A DNA stretch of 64,000 bases from an uncultured Collinsella sp. GTDB taxonomy: Bacteria > Actinomycetota > Coriobacteriia > Coriobacteriales > Coriobacteriaceae. The notes beneath the pieces are model-generated. The model worked only from the letters and a program-made list of their open reading frames with translations. It had not been told where the DNA came from and ran no database searches. A program made the translations under genes and the position numbers. Positions 9,933-19,781 of the stretch are shown here, piece by piece (the stretch's first letter is position 1; the number at the start of each line of letters is the position of its first letter). Location: assembly GCA_900541045.1 (NCBI GenBank), contig UQID01000011.1, positions 2,053 to 66,052 of the forward strand, read 5' to 3'.

Positions 9933-10844
9933 ATGGGTCTGTTTAACGCCGTCATGGCGCTTTCGGGCATGATCGACACGGACGTGGTCGAGGACGAACG
10001 TCTTGCACGCCATACAAGCTATCGTATCGGTGGCAAGGCCGACCTCTTTGTGACGTGCCATAGCTACCATGCCCTGCGTCGCGCCGTGGCGGTGCTCGAC
10101 CGCGAGCAGGTGCCGTGGGTGATTATCGGCAAGGGGTCCAATCTGCTTGTTGCCGATGCCGGTTATCGCGGCGCCGTTATTTCGCTGGGACGTGAGTTTC
10201 AGCGCACGGTTGTTGCCGAGGACGGCTGCACGCTGACCGTTGGTGCGGGCGTGATGTTCGCGCGTTTGGTCAACGACGCCTTGTCGCGCGGGCTTTCGGG
10301 CCTTGAGTTCGCGGTCGGTATTCCCGGTTCGGTCGGCGGCGCCGTGTCCATGAACGCAGGTACGCGGACCGAGTGGATCGGCTCTCTTATCGAGGACGTG
10401 GTCACGTTTGATCCGGCGTCCGGTATTAAGCACTATGCAGGGTCCGAGATCGCTTGGGGGTATCGCGAGTGCAGCTTACCGCGTAACGAGATCATTCTCG
10501 AGTGCGTGCTCAAGCTCAAACCCGCGTCTAAGGCCGACATTCGCGAGCGTATGGAGCGGTACCTGACGCGCCGCAAGCGCACGCAGCCCATGGGCCGTGC
10601 ATCCTGCGGATCGGTCTTTCGCAACCCGCCCGATGCAAGCGTGGGTAAGTTGATTGAGGATTGTGGATTAAAGGGTTTTTCGGTTGGCGGTGCGGAAGTT
10701 TCGCCCGTACACGCTAATTTTATCGTTAATAACGGAACCGCCTCGGCCGATGACGTGGCCGCGGTTATCAGGCATGTGCACGGAAAGGTGAGGGAGGCGT
10801 ATGGCATCGAGCTCAGACCGGAAGTTAAATTCCTCGGCTTCTAG
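9933..10844 (+). CDS. murB: UDP-N-acetylenolpyruvoylglucosamine reductase
   Basis: SYRIGGKA, GKGSNLL, GIPGSVGGAVSMNAG, GSVFRNP, HANFIVN. Confidence 0.96.
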   Translation: MGLFNAVMALSGMIDTDVVEDERLARHTSYRIGGKADLFVTCHSYHALRRAVAVLDREQVPWVIIGKGSNLLVADAGYRGAVISLGREFQRTVVAEDGCTLTVGAGVMFARLVNDALSRGLSGLEFAVGIPGSVGGAVSMNAGTRTEWIGSLIEDVVTFDPASGIKHYAGSEIAWGYRECSLPRNEIILECVLKLKPASKADIRERMERYLTRRKRTQPMGRASCGSVFRNPPDASVGKLIEDCGLKGFSVGGAEVSPVHANFIVNNGTASADDVAAVIRHVHGKVREAYGIELRPEVKFLGF

Positions 10845-12066
10845 AGCATCGAAACCAACCTTCCGCCGCGCCGGAGGGCGTTCCGGCGCACCTGCCCAGT
10901 CTCAACACAAGCCCGCCTTGTCCTCCAAGTCTGTTGGGCCCGTTCGTCCTGCCAAGCGCCCGGTCGTCGGCTCGCAGCTGGGAGGACGCCCCGCTTCTAA
11001 AAAGACGAGTCGTCCGGCTCCGCGTCCTTCGGTGACGCCCAAGCCGGCGATGGGCGCCAAGACCTCCCGACCCATGGCGACGCCCAAGCCTTCGCTGGGA
11101 GCTCGTGCGCCGCATGCCGGCCGTACGTTGGCTGGCGCTAAGCCGCGTTCACTGACATCAGTGCCCGCTGCCAAGGCGTCTTCGGCAAAAAAGGGCATCA
11201 ATCCTCTGTCATCGCTCGGTGCCATGGCAGGTAAGGCGACCGACGCTGCTTCCGCCATGAAGGGTAAAGGCAAGATCGCGGGCGGCATCCTGGCAGCCGT
11301 GGCCGTACTTGCGATTGTTGCCATCGTCGTCATCAACTCCGGCCTGTTCGCCGCCACCGATATTCAGATTCATGGCAGCGAGCATGTGACCAAGCACGAC
11401 GCCATGCAGCTCATCAGTCTTCCCGAGAACACGTCGCTCTTTAACGTGGATCCCGATCAGATTACCGAGGGCCTCAAGCAAAACCCGTGGGTCTCGGGCG
11501 TGGATGTCCAGCGTCAGTTTCCCCATACGCTTATCATCACGCCGACGGAGCGTAAAGTTACCGCCATTGCGTATATCAGCTCCGACGACCTTGCCTGGGC
11601 TATCGGAGACGATGACACCTGGATCGCTCCGCTGTCGACGTCTGTCGAGGTGGATGACCAGGGGAACGTCATTACATCGGGGGAGGGTGCCAACACCCTG
11701 ACCGGCATCGATGCGGCCCTGGCGCTTGCCAAGCACTACGGCGCCGTGCTGTTGACTGACGTCTCGGCCGATGTCGCACCGGTTTCGGGTCGGGCGGTGA
11801 GCTCCAAGGCCGTCAAGGCCGGTCTGGATTACGCACGCGGTTTTTCGAGCGAGTTCTTAGGCCAGGTGAAGGATATTTCCACGCCTTCCGTTGAGGCTAT
11901 CTCGGCAAATCTCGACAACGGCGTCGAGGTGTCGCTGGGCGATTCGGATGATATCGCCAAGAAAGAACGCATCGTGACCAAGCTGCTTTCGCAGGTAGAG
12001 GGCGTAACCTATATCAATGTGCGCTCTCCAGGCAACTACACGTTTAGGAACGCACCGACCGCCTAG
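10801..12066 (+). CDS. ftsQ: Cell division protein FtsQ/DivIB with long basic N-terminal tail
   Basis: Single TM segment followed by a POTRA-like region (NPWVSGVDVQRQFPHTL); position before ftsZ; GGGAGG RBS before ATG 10801. Confidence 0.85.
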   Translation: MASSSDRKLNSSASRASKPTFRRAGGRSGAPAQSQHKPALSSKSVGPVRPAKRPVVGSQLGGRPASKKTSRPAPRPSVTPKPAMGAKTSRPMATPKPSLGARAPHAGRTLAGAKPRSLTSVPAAKASSAKKGINPLSSLGAMAGKATDAASAMKGKGKIAGGILAAVAVLAIVAIVVINSGLFAATDIQIHGSEHVTKHDAMQLISLPENTSLFNVDPDQITEGLKQNPWVSGVDVQRQFPHTLIITPTERKVTAIAYISSDDLAWAIGDDDTWIAPLSTSVEVDDQGNVITSGEGANTLTGIDAALALAKHYGAVLLTDVSADVAPVSGRAVSSKAVKAGLDYARGFSSEFLGQVKDISTPSVEAISANLDNGVEVSLGDSDDIAKKERIVTKLLSQVEGVTYINVRSPGNYTFRNAPTA

Positions 12067-12265
12067 CATCCTAAACGGCTTTGTTGAGGGGCCATACCAC
12101 GCCGTTTATCTGGTTTGTTTGGTTTTCACGGTCAATTATTTGACTGATACGTTCATAATGTGCAAACATAATACGGTTTACCTTTGCATTTACTTTCAAC
12201 CTGAAGGTTAATGTGCGCAGGGGTCAACCCATGCTATGGCTATAACCTTTGTTCGGAGGACCGAC

Positions 12266-13420
12266 ATGCACGAGACAGAGATCAACAACTACCTTGCCGT
12301 CATTAAGGTGGTCGGCGTCGGCGGCGGCGGTACCAACGCGGTCAATCGAATGATCGAAGAGGGCATCCGCGGCGTCGAGTTTGTTGCCATCAACACCGAT
12401 GCTCAGGCGCTCGCGATCTCTGATGCCGATATTAAGGTGCACATCGGCACCGACCTTACCCGCGGCCTGGGCGCCGGCGCCAACCCCGAGGTTGGCCGCA
12501 AGGCTGCCGATGAGTCCCGCGACGATATCGCCGAGGCGCTCGCTGGCGCCGACATGGTGTTCATCACCTGCGGCGAGGGCGGTGGTACCGGTACCGGCGC
12601 CGCTCCCATCGTTGCCGATATCGCGATGAACGAGGTCGGCGCGCTGACCGTCGCCGTCGTGACCAAGCCCTTCACCTTCGAGGGTCGCAAGCGCAAGAAG
12701 AGCGCCGAGGAGGGCATCAAGACCCTCTCCGATTGCGTCGACACCATGATCGTTATCCCTAACGACAAGCTGCTCGACATCGCCGAGAAGAAGACCACGA
12801 TGCTCGAGGCCTTCGCAATTGCCGATGGCGTCCTTTCCCAGGGCACCCAGGGCATCACCGACCTCATCACCGTCCCGGGTATCATCAACCTGGACTTCGC
12901 CGATGTTAAGACCATCATGAAGCAGGCCGGTACCGCCATGATGGGTATCGGTACCGCTTCTGGGGACACCCGTGCCGTCGACGCTGCCCAGCAGGCTATC
13001 TCCAGTCCGCTGCTCGAGAGCTCCATCGATGGCGCCACGCGCGTCCTGCTTTCCATCGCCGGCTCCAAGGACCTGGGCATCCAGGAGATCAGCGACGCCG
13101 CCGACGTTGTCGCCAATGCTGTCGACCCCGAGGCCAACATCATCTTCGGTACCGTTGTCGACGAGTCCCTGGGCGACCAGGTGCGCATCACCGTTATCGC
13201 TACGGGCTTCTCCGACTCCAACGTCAACCGTCAGGACGAGCTCTTCGCTGCCCAGCAGTCCCAGAGCAAGGCTGCTGCTTCTGCTGAGCCGCAGCGCACT
13301 GCTCCGGCTGCCAGCCCCGCTCAGGCTGCCCCGACTCGCAACGTCGGTGGTACCGAGCTGCCCAACTTTGGCAACGATCAGTTTGAGCTTCCCGACTTCC
13401 TCAAGCGCGGCAGCTTCTAA
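12266..13420 (+). CDS. ftsZ: Cell division GTPase FtsZ
   Basis: [36 protein letters not shown]-terminal LPDFLK peptide; GGAGG RBS before ATG 12266. Confidence 0.99.
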   Translation: MHETEINNYLAVIKVVGVGGGGTNAVNRMIEEGIRGVEFVAINTDAQALAISDADIKVHIGTDLTRGLGAGANPEVGRKAADESRDDIAEALAGADMVFITCGEGGGTGTGAAPIVADIAMNEVGALTVAVVTKPFTFEGRKRKKSAEEGIKTLSDCVDTMIVIPNDKLLDIAEKKTTMLEAFAIADGVLSQGTQGITDLITVPGIINLDFADVKTIMKQAGTAMMGIGTASGDTRAVDAAQQAISSPLLESSIDGATRVLLSIAGSKDLGIQEISDAADVVANAVDPEANIIFGTVVDESLGDQVRITVIATGFSDSNVNRQDELFAAQQSQSKAAASAEPQRTAPAASPAQAAPTRNVGGTELPNFGNDQFELPDFLKRGSF

Positions 13421-13444
13421 GTCGTTCTTCGCATTGTTTTGCAC

Positions 13445-13479
13445 AGGGGCGCGTCCGTATGGATGCGCCCTTTTTGTTT
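13445..13479 (+). terminator. Rho-independent terminator after ftsZ
   Basis: GGGCGCGTCC-GTAT-GGATGCGCCC stem followed by TTTTTGTTT. Confidence 0.8.
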
Positions 13480-13509
13480 CTCGTTTGTAAACGAAAGCCT
13501 CCAATCTCC

Positions 13510-13552
13510 TTACGTTCCCTTTACGTTTGGTCCCTACCGCTGCGGGTATCCT
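13510..13552 (+). promoter_or_regulatory. Putative PHO-box-like direct repeat and -10 element upstream of pgeF-pstSCAB-phoU
   Basis: TTACGTT at 13510 and 13521 (11-bp period), followed by TATCCT at about 13547. Confidence 0.35.
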
Positions 13553-13630
13553 TTTAAAGAAGTATGGCAGCCGTATGACACGGACTGCCGCGGCTTCGCC
13601 GCGATACTTGTGTTATTAGGAGGCTTTAGT

Positions 13631-14431
13631 ATGGCAGCACGTGCGGACAACGTTTCGCGTGTCGACCATGATGGAGTTACGTTGGTGGAGGGTTCGACGA
13701 CCGATGTTCGTTTTGCCTTTACCGAGCGCACCGGTGGTGTTTCCGAAGATGCGTACTCCTCACTCAATCTGGGCTCGCATGTAGGCGATGACCCCTTTGC
13801 CGTTCAAGAAAATCGTCGTCGAGCGCTCGAAGCCATGGGCGCCGCTGAGTGCGAGCATAATCTGCTCGTGCCCAATCAAGTACATGGTGACCACGTCGTG
13901 ACGGTGACCTCGAACGGTGCCGGTGATCTCGAGAACATTCGTGAGCAGATTGCCGAGGGCTGTGATGCCCTCGTCTGTACGGCCCATGAGGTGCCCGTGA
14001 TGCTCTGCTTTGCCGACTGCGTTCCCGTGGTGCTGGTTGCCTCCGGCGGATTTGCCGTGGTGCATTCCGGATGGAAGGGCACGATCGCGCGCATTTCCGC
14101 CAAAGCCTGCCAGGCGCTTTGTGAGGCGGCTGACTGCACGCCGGAGGACATCTCTGCCTATATTGGGCCCCATATCCTGGGCGACGAGTATGAGGTGTCC
14201 CAAGAACTTATGGATCGCTTTGCCGCCGAGTTCTCGTGCATCGATGCTACTGCTTCTCGCATGCTCGATCTTTCCGCCGCCATTCGCGAGGCGCTGGTGG
14301 ATGCCGGTGTCGATGTGAACGGCATTGTGGACACCAAACTTTCCACCGTTCGTCAGAACGACCGCTTTTATTCCTACCGCAACGAGGGCGGCACCTGTGG
14401 GCGCCATGCTGCGATCGGCGTGATGCTATGA
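13631..14431 (+). CDS. pgeF: PgeF/YfiH/YlmD family protein (peptidoglycan editing factor / purine nucleoside phosphorylase-like)
   Basis: TERTGGVS, SLNLG, NQVHG, ADCVPV, HSGWKGT, FYSYR; GGAGG RBS before ATG 13631. Confidence 0.9.
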   Translation: MAARADNVSRVDHDGVTLVEGSTTDVRFAFTERTGGVSEDAYSSLNLGSHVGDDPFAVQENRRRALEAMGAAECEHNLLVPNQVHGDHVVTVTSNGAGDLENIREQIAEGCDALVCTAHEVPVMLCFADCVPVVLVASGGFAVVHSGWKGTIARISAKACQALCEAADCTPEDISAYIGPHILGDEYEVSQELMDRFAAEFSCIDATASRMLDLSAAIREALVDAGVDVNGIVDTKLSTVRQNDRFYSYRNEGGTCGRHAAIGVML

Positions 14432-15264
14432 GAAAGATCGCATCGGTCCTGAGTGCAGCAGTGCTCACGCTCACGCTGTGCGCCTGCTCCTCGGGATCTT
14501 CTACGTCTTCTATTACCGTGGCCGGCTCGACCACCTGCCTTCCCATTGCCGAGATCGCGGCCGAGGGCTTTAAGGAAGAGACCGGCATCGACGTGCTCGT
14601 CTCCGGCCTTGTCTCATCTGCTGGCATCGAAGCTGTTAGCGCCGGCACCGCCGACATCGCTAGTTCGTCTCGTGGCCTCAATGCCGACGAGCAGGATTTG
14701 GGCCTGACCCCGATCGTAATCGCACACGACGGCATTGCAGTCATCGTGAACGACGACAACCCGGTCGATAATCTCTCGACCGAGCAGCTCCGCGATATTT
14801 ACGCCGGCAAGATCACCAACTGGAAAGAAGTCGGCGGAGAGGACCTGAAGATTCAGGTTATCAACCGCGACGAGGCGTCCGGTACGCGCGAGGCCTTCCG
14901 CACTATCGTGATGGACGGCACGCCGTTCGATCGCCGCTCGGCTGTTCTTTCGGGTACGGGTCAGGTACGCGATGTCGTGTCCCGCTCGCGTGGCGCTATT
15001 GGCTACATCTCGCTGGGTTTTGTCGAGAGCCTCAACGCTAAGACCTCGGTCAAGGCCGTTTCGGTCAACCATGTCGAGGCATCCGAGAAGACGGTCGCAA
15101 GTGGCGGCTATCCCATCTCGCGTGACCTCTACTTCTTTGTGAAGGGAACGCCTTCGCAGCAAGCGCAGGATTACATCGACTACGTGACGTCCGAGAAGAT
15201 GGACAAGCAGATTCGCGAGGCGGGCTTTATTCCCGTCACCAACGACGGAAAGGGGAGTGAGTAG
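14428..15264 (+). CDS. pstS: Phosphate ABC transporter substrate-binding lipoprotein
   Basis: Lipobox LCAC, AGSTT, ADIASSSR, RDEASGTR, YPISRDLY. ATG 14428 overlaps the pgeF stop (ATGA). Confidence 0.92.
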   Translation: MRKIASVLSAAVLTLTLCACSSGSSTSSITVAGSTTCLPIAEIAAEGFKEETGIDVLVSGLVSSAGIEAVSAGTADIASSSRGLNADEQDLGLTPIVIAHDGIAVIVNDDNPVDNLSTEQLRDIYAGKITNWKEVGGEDLKIQVINRDEASGTREAFRTIVMDGTPFDRRSAVLSGTGQVRDVVSRSRGAIGYISLGFVESLNAKTSVKAVSVNHVEASEKTVASGGYPISRDLYFFVKGTPSQQAQDYIDYVTSEKMDKQIREAGFIPVTNDGKGSE

Positions 15265-16189
15265 CGTGGAAGCACAGGAAACCCCCCAGATTGAGCAGGA
15301 GACTCAGGCGCCCAAAAAGCGTGAGTTGGCGTTGGTGTCGCGCAGCACCTATCTTAAGGAGAAGGCACTGCAGTGGATCTTCTTTGCCTGCGCGTTCTTG
15401 GCGGTCGTCACCGTCATCCTGATTTTTGTCTTTACCACGTACTCGGCGCTGCCGGTCTTTACCGACATCGGCCTGGCGGATTTCTTTAGCTTTACGTGGG
15501 CGCCATCCGAGGGCCACTACGGCATCATGTCGCTGCTGGCGGGCTCTGGTCTGGTGACGGTCGGTGCGCTCGCCATGGGCGTGCCCCTGGGTGTGGGCAC
15601 GGCTGTATATCTGGTCGAGATCGCCAGCAAGCGCGTGCGCAGGCTCATCAGCCCCGCCGTCGACCTGTTGGCGGGCATCCCCTCCATCATCTACGGCTTC
15701 TTTGGCATGGTCATCATCCGCCCGTTTATCGCGCAGCTGACCGGCGGTCTTGGCTTTGGCGCGCTGACGGCGTGGTTTGTGCTTGCCATCATGATCGTTC
15801 CCACCATTACCACGCTCACGATCGATGCCCTCAATTCCATCCCCATGGGCATTCGCGAGGCGTCCTATGCCATGGGTGCCACCAAGTGGCAGACCATCTA
15901 CAAGGTCGTGCTGCCTGCAGCCAAGCTGGGCATTGTCGATGCAATTGTCTTGGGTATGGGGCGTGCCATCGGTGAGACCATGGCCGTGCTGATGGTCGTG
16001 GGCAACGCCCCGGTCATTCCAGATAGCATCTCGAGCCCCATCTCGACGCTCACGAGCCAGATCGCACTCGACATGAGCTATTCCTCGGGCCTGCATCGCT
16101 CGGCTCTGTTTGGCATGGGCGTGGTCCTGTTTATCATCTCAGCTGCACTGGTGGGTATCGTTCGCCTGATTTCAAAGAAGAGGGGGTAG
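15257..16189 (+). CDS. pstC: Phosphate ABC transporter permease
   Basis: LLAGIPSIIYG, EASYAMGATKWQ, GRAIGETMAV. Confidence 0.94.
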   Translation: MSSVEAQETPQIEQETQAPKKRELALVSRSTYLKEKALQWIFFACAFLAVVTVILIFVFTTYSALPVFTDIGLADFFSFTWAPSEGHYGIMSLLAGSGLVTVGALAMGVPLGVGTAVYLVEIASKRVRRLISPAVDLLAGIPSIIYGFFGMVIIRPFIAQLTGGLGFGALTAWFVLAIMIVPTITTLTIDALNSIPMGIREASYAMGATKWQTIYKVVLPAAKLGIVDAIVLGMGRAIGETMAVLMVVGNAPVIPDSISSPISTLTSQIALDMSYSSGLHRSALFGMGVVLFIISAALVGIVRLISKKRG

Positions 16190-16192
16190 GCT

Positions 16193-17098
16193 ATGTCCGA
16201 TTCCGTTGACACGACGGTCGATGCGACCTCGTCGCGCGAGCTCATCAAGCGTGCCCTTTCCCATGGCAAGAAGGGCCGCATCAACAAGGACCTGTCCAAC
16301 AAGATTATGCTCGGCGTGTTTCGCGCCGCGGCCTATATCACCACCCTGGTGTTGCTCGCCATCATCGCCTACGTGGTCATTAACGGTCTTCCGCATATCT
16401 CGCTCGACTTTATCTTCGGCTGGCCGCAGGGCGTAAACGCCGAGGGCGGCATTTGGCCCACGATCGTCTCGACTATCTACGTGACGGCACTCGCCATGCT
16501 CATCTGCACGCCGGTTGCCGTCTTGGCTGCGGTCTATCTGGCTGAATACGCCAAGCAGGGCAAGATTGTCGACATCATCCGCTATGCTGCCGATGCTCTG
16601 GCCTCGGTGCCTTCCATCGTTATGGGCCTCTTTGGTTACGCCTTGTTTGTTGAGGCCATGGGCCTGGGTCTTTCGATGGTTTCGGCCGCCCTGGCACTGG
16701 CACTTCTGATGCTGCCTATCGTCATGCGCACCACCGAGGAGGCAATCCGCGCCGTTCCGCGCTATATCCGTTGGGGCGCATATGGCCTGGGCGCCACCAA
16801 GTGGCAGGTCGTCTCCAAGATCGTGCTTCCTTCGGCCTTTGGCCGCATTGCCACCGGCATCGTCCTTGCCATCGGCCGCGCCATCGGCGAGACTGCGGTG
16901 GTGCTCTACACCATGGGTCAGGCCATCAACCTGCCCATATCGCCGCTCGATTCCGGTCGCCCCATGACCGTTCACCTCTATTTGCTTGCCAATGACGGCA
17001 TCAACATGAACGCAGCCTACGGCACCGCGCTATTGCTGATGGCGATTATTCTGGCCTTCAACCTGTTTGCGCGTTATCTGTCGCGCAAGCGCCGCTAG
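16193..17098 (+). CDS. pstA: Phosphate ABC transporter permease
   Basis: LASVPSIVMGLFG, RTTEEA, LGATKWQ, GRAIGETA. Confidence 0.94.
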   Translation: MSDSVDTTVDATSSRELIKRALSHGKKGRINKDLSNKIMLGVFRAAAYITTLVLLAIIAYVVINGLPHISLDFIFGWPQGVNAEGGIWPTIVSTIYVTALAMLICTPVAVLAAVYLAEYAKQGKIVDIIRYAADALASVPSIVMGLFGYALFVEAMGLGLSMVSAALALALLMLPIVMRTTEEAIRAVPRYIRWGAYGLGATKWQVVSKIVLPSAFGRIATGIVLAIGRAIGETAVVLYTMGQAINLPISPLDSGRPMTVHLYLLANDGINMNAAYGTALLLMAIILAFNLFARYLSRKRR

Positions 17099-17110
17099 TT
17101 AAGGAGTCCC

Positions 17111-17914
17111 ATGTCCGTCTATCAGTCCGCTCCCACGCCGGAGCAAGCGGCCATCACGGCCAAGGATTTCAACTTTTGGTACGGTGACTTTCATGCGCTG
17201 ACGGGGCTCGACCTCAACATCGCCAAAAACGCCATCACCTCGTTTATCGGTCCTTCGGGCTGCGGCAAATCGACGTTTTTACGCTGCATCAACCGTATGA
17301 ACGACCTTATCGAGGGCACTCGTGTCGAGGGTGCCATGACGCTCGACGGCAACGATATCTATGCCGAGGGCGTTGACCCGGTCGACCTTCGCCGCCGCGT
17401 GGGCATGATCTTTCAGCAGCCCAACCCGTTCCCCAAATCCATCTACGAGAATGTCGCTTTTGGCCCTCGTCTGCAGGGCGTGACTAGCAAAAGCGACCTC
17501 GACGACATCGTGGAAGAATCGCTCAAGCGCGCCAACCTCTGGAAAGAGGTATCCAATCAGCTCAACAAGGATGGTTTGGCGCTCTCGGGCGGTCAACAGC
17601 AGCGTCTGTGCATCGCGCGTGTGCTTGCGGTGCAGCCCGATGTCCTTCTGATGGACGAGCCCTGCTCCGCCATCGACCCCACGTCCGTATCTAAGGTCGA
17701 GGATCTGATGGCCGAGCTGGCGCCCGAGATGACGATCATCATCGTCACGCACTCTATGCAGCAGGCCGCTCGCATTAGCGACTACACCGCATTTTTCTTG
17801 CAGGAAGTTGCCGGTGAGCCCGCCACGCTCATCGAGTATGGTCAAACCGACGCGATCTTCACCAGCCCGGTGGATTCGCGGACGGAAGACTATATCACCG
17901 GCCGCTTTGGCTGA
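17111..17914 (+). CDS. pstB: Phosphate ABC transporter ATPase
   Basis: [38 protein letters not shown]-terminal YITGRFG. Confidence 0.96.
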   Translation: MSVYQSAPTPEQAAITAKDFNFWYGDFHALTGLDLNIAKNAITSFIGPSGCGKSTFLRCINRMNDLIEGTRVEGAMTLDGNDIYAEGVDPVDLRRRVGMIFQQPNPFPKSIYENVAFGPRLQGVTSKSDLDDIVEESLKRANLWKEVSNQLNKDGLALSGGQQQRLCIARVLAVQPDVLLMDEPCSAIDPTSVSKVEDLMAELAPEMTIIIVTHSMQQAARISDYTAFFLQEVAGEPATLIEYGQTDAIFTSPVDSRTEDYITGRFG

Positions 17915-18006
17915 TCGGTGCGACTAGTCCCAAGCCGATCGGACCTGGTCCGGTGCGTATTCACTGTGCGGGCGGCATGACCGCACCCAACTGATTGGAG
18001 TGAACC

Positions 18007-18864
18007 ATGCGCAAACTGTTTTCCCGTCAGCTCATCGAGGCCCGTCACGAGATGTTGAGCATCTACGAGGCCGTCGATCTTGCCCTTCACGACGCCGTGA
18101 AGGCCTATGTGACCGACGACCGCAAGCTCGCCACTAAGACCAAGAAGCGCACGCTTTCGATTGATGCTCGCTGCGCCAACTTGGAGGCCGTGTGCTACAG
18201 CCTGATCGCTACGCAGTCGCCGGTCGCCTCCGACTTCCGTTTGCTGCAGACGATTATCTACGTCGAATTTAACCTGCAGCGCATGACCGATAAGGTTCGC
18301 CAGATCTGCCGCGCCACGCGTCACATGGTCAAGGCCGACATCTCGCTGCCTCAGGAGCTCGTCGGCACGGTTGAGGCCGAGGCCGAGGCCGTGTACCAGG
18401 TGCTGGGCTCGTCGCTGTCCGCGCTCGTCACCAACGACATGTCCATCATCTGCAACCTGGCCGTCGAGGACGAGCCGGTACATGCGGCGTACGAGAAGTT
18501 CTTCCGTACCTTTAACCGCATGGACACCGGCGATTTTATGGACGACGACAGCAACTATGACGACCTGCGCCGTGCCATCATGGTTTCGCGCTACCTCGAT
18601 CGCATTGCCTCGATTTCCATCGATGCCGCCTGCCGTCTGACCTTCCTTTTGACCGGACAGCGTATGACTGCCGGCGATATCGCCCGTACGGATGAGGACG
18701 AGCTCGAGAGCATGCGCGTGCCTTCGGGCGAGGGCGTCATTATGAGGCCCGCCGTGGATGCACGCTTTGTTGCCAAGGTGCCCGCTAACGAGGTGAGCGA
18801 GGGTCTTCGCTACCTGTTGGATCATCTTGAGGACGAGGATGATGCCGAGGACGACGAGGAGTAG
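18007..18864 (+). CDS. phoU: Phosphate signalling/transport regulator PhoU with an acidic C-terminal extension
   Basis: Two PhoU-like helical repeats (ATQSPVASDFR; SRYLDRIA); follows pstB. Confidence 0.82.
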   Translation: MRKLFSRQLIEARHEMLSIYEAVDLALHDAVKAYVTDDRKLATKTKKRTLSIDARCANLEAVCYSLIATQSPVASDFRLLQTIIYVEFNLQRMTDKVRQICRATRHMVKADISLPQELVGTVEAEAEAVYQVLGSSLSALVTNDMSIICNLAVEDEPVHAAYEKFFRTFNRMDTGDFMDDDSNYDDLRRAIMVSRYLDRIASISIDAACRLTFLLTGQRMTAGDIARTDEDELESMRVPSGEGVIMRPAVDARFVAKVPANEVSEGLRYLLDHLEDEDDAEDDEE

Positions 18865-18977
18865 GGTACCCCGTTCGTTGAGAGATTGTAAATACCTAAG
18901 GGAGCGCGGCCTTGCGGATGCGGGGCTGCGCTCTTGCGTTAGCATGGGACTACTTGTTGTGCTGTTAGCGGAGGCGA

Positions 18978-19721
18978 TTGGCAATGGATAACTATTTGAA
19001 TGTAATGCGCGCTCGCCGCGAGCAGATACTCGAGCGTTTCTATGCCGCGCTCGATCGCGCCGGGAGGCCCCGTGATGCCGCGCGTTTGATTGCCGTGTCC
19101 AAGACCGTCGGCGTCGATGAGACCATCGCGGCCATCCAGGTGGGATATCGCCATTTTGCCGAGAACCGCCCGCAAGAGCTCGTCCGCAAACTTGCAGGTC
19201 TGGCGGATCATCCGGAGCTGCCCGAGGTACGCCTTGATATGATCGGCAATCTTCAGACCAACAAGATTAACGCGGTGCTGGGTTCGGCCGAGCTGATTCA
19301 TTCGGTTGGTTCGCTTCATTTGGCGCAGGCGATCTCGAGCCGTGCCGTTCGCAAGATCGAAGCGGGCGAGCTTTCTGCTCCCCAACAGGTGCTAATCGAG
19401 GTTAACGTAAGCGGCGAGGAGTCCAAGGGCGGCTTTTCGCCCGATGAGATTCGTGGCGCTGCCGGCGAGCTTGCGGAACTTGAGGGAATTTGTGTGCAGG
19501 GCCTTATGACCATGGCCCCTCGAGGGAACAAGGATGTGGCACGTCGCACTTTTGCCGGGCTGCGAGAGCTGAGGGATGAGCTGGAGGCGGCGCATCCCGA
19601 TCTGAGCCTGCCCGAGCTTTCTTGCGGCATGAGCGAGGACTTTGAGCCCGCCCTTGAGGAGGGCTCTACGCTCGTTCGCCTGGGCAGGGTAGTATTTAGC
19701 CCGGAGTTTGCAGTAAAATAG
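18978..19721 (+). CDS. yggS: PLP homeostasis protein YggS/YlmE family (TTG 18978 or ATG 18984 start)
   Basis: LIAVSKT, ENRPQE, IGNLQTNK, GLMTM, SCGMSEDF, GSTLVRLG. Confidence 0.93.
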   Translation: MAMDNYLNVMRARREQILERFYAALDRAGRPRDAARLIAVSKTVGVDETIAAIQVGYRHFAENRPQELVRKLAGLADHPELPEVRLDMIGNLQTNKINAVLGSAELIHSVGSLHLAQAISSRAVRKIEAGELSAPQQVLIEVNVSGEESKGGFSPDEIRGAAGELAELEGICVQGLMTMAPRGNKDVARRTFAGLRELRDELEAAHPDLSLPELSCGMSEDFEPALEEGSTLVRLGRVVFSPEFAVK

Positions 19722-19781
19722 GGCTCTGAAGTGCGCACTGGTTTACAGAGCGCCTGCACTAAACCGTGAGAGGACACAACC

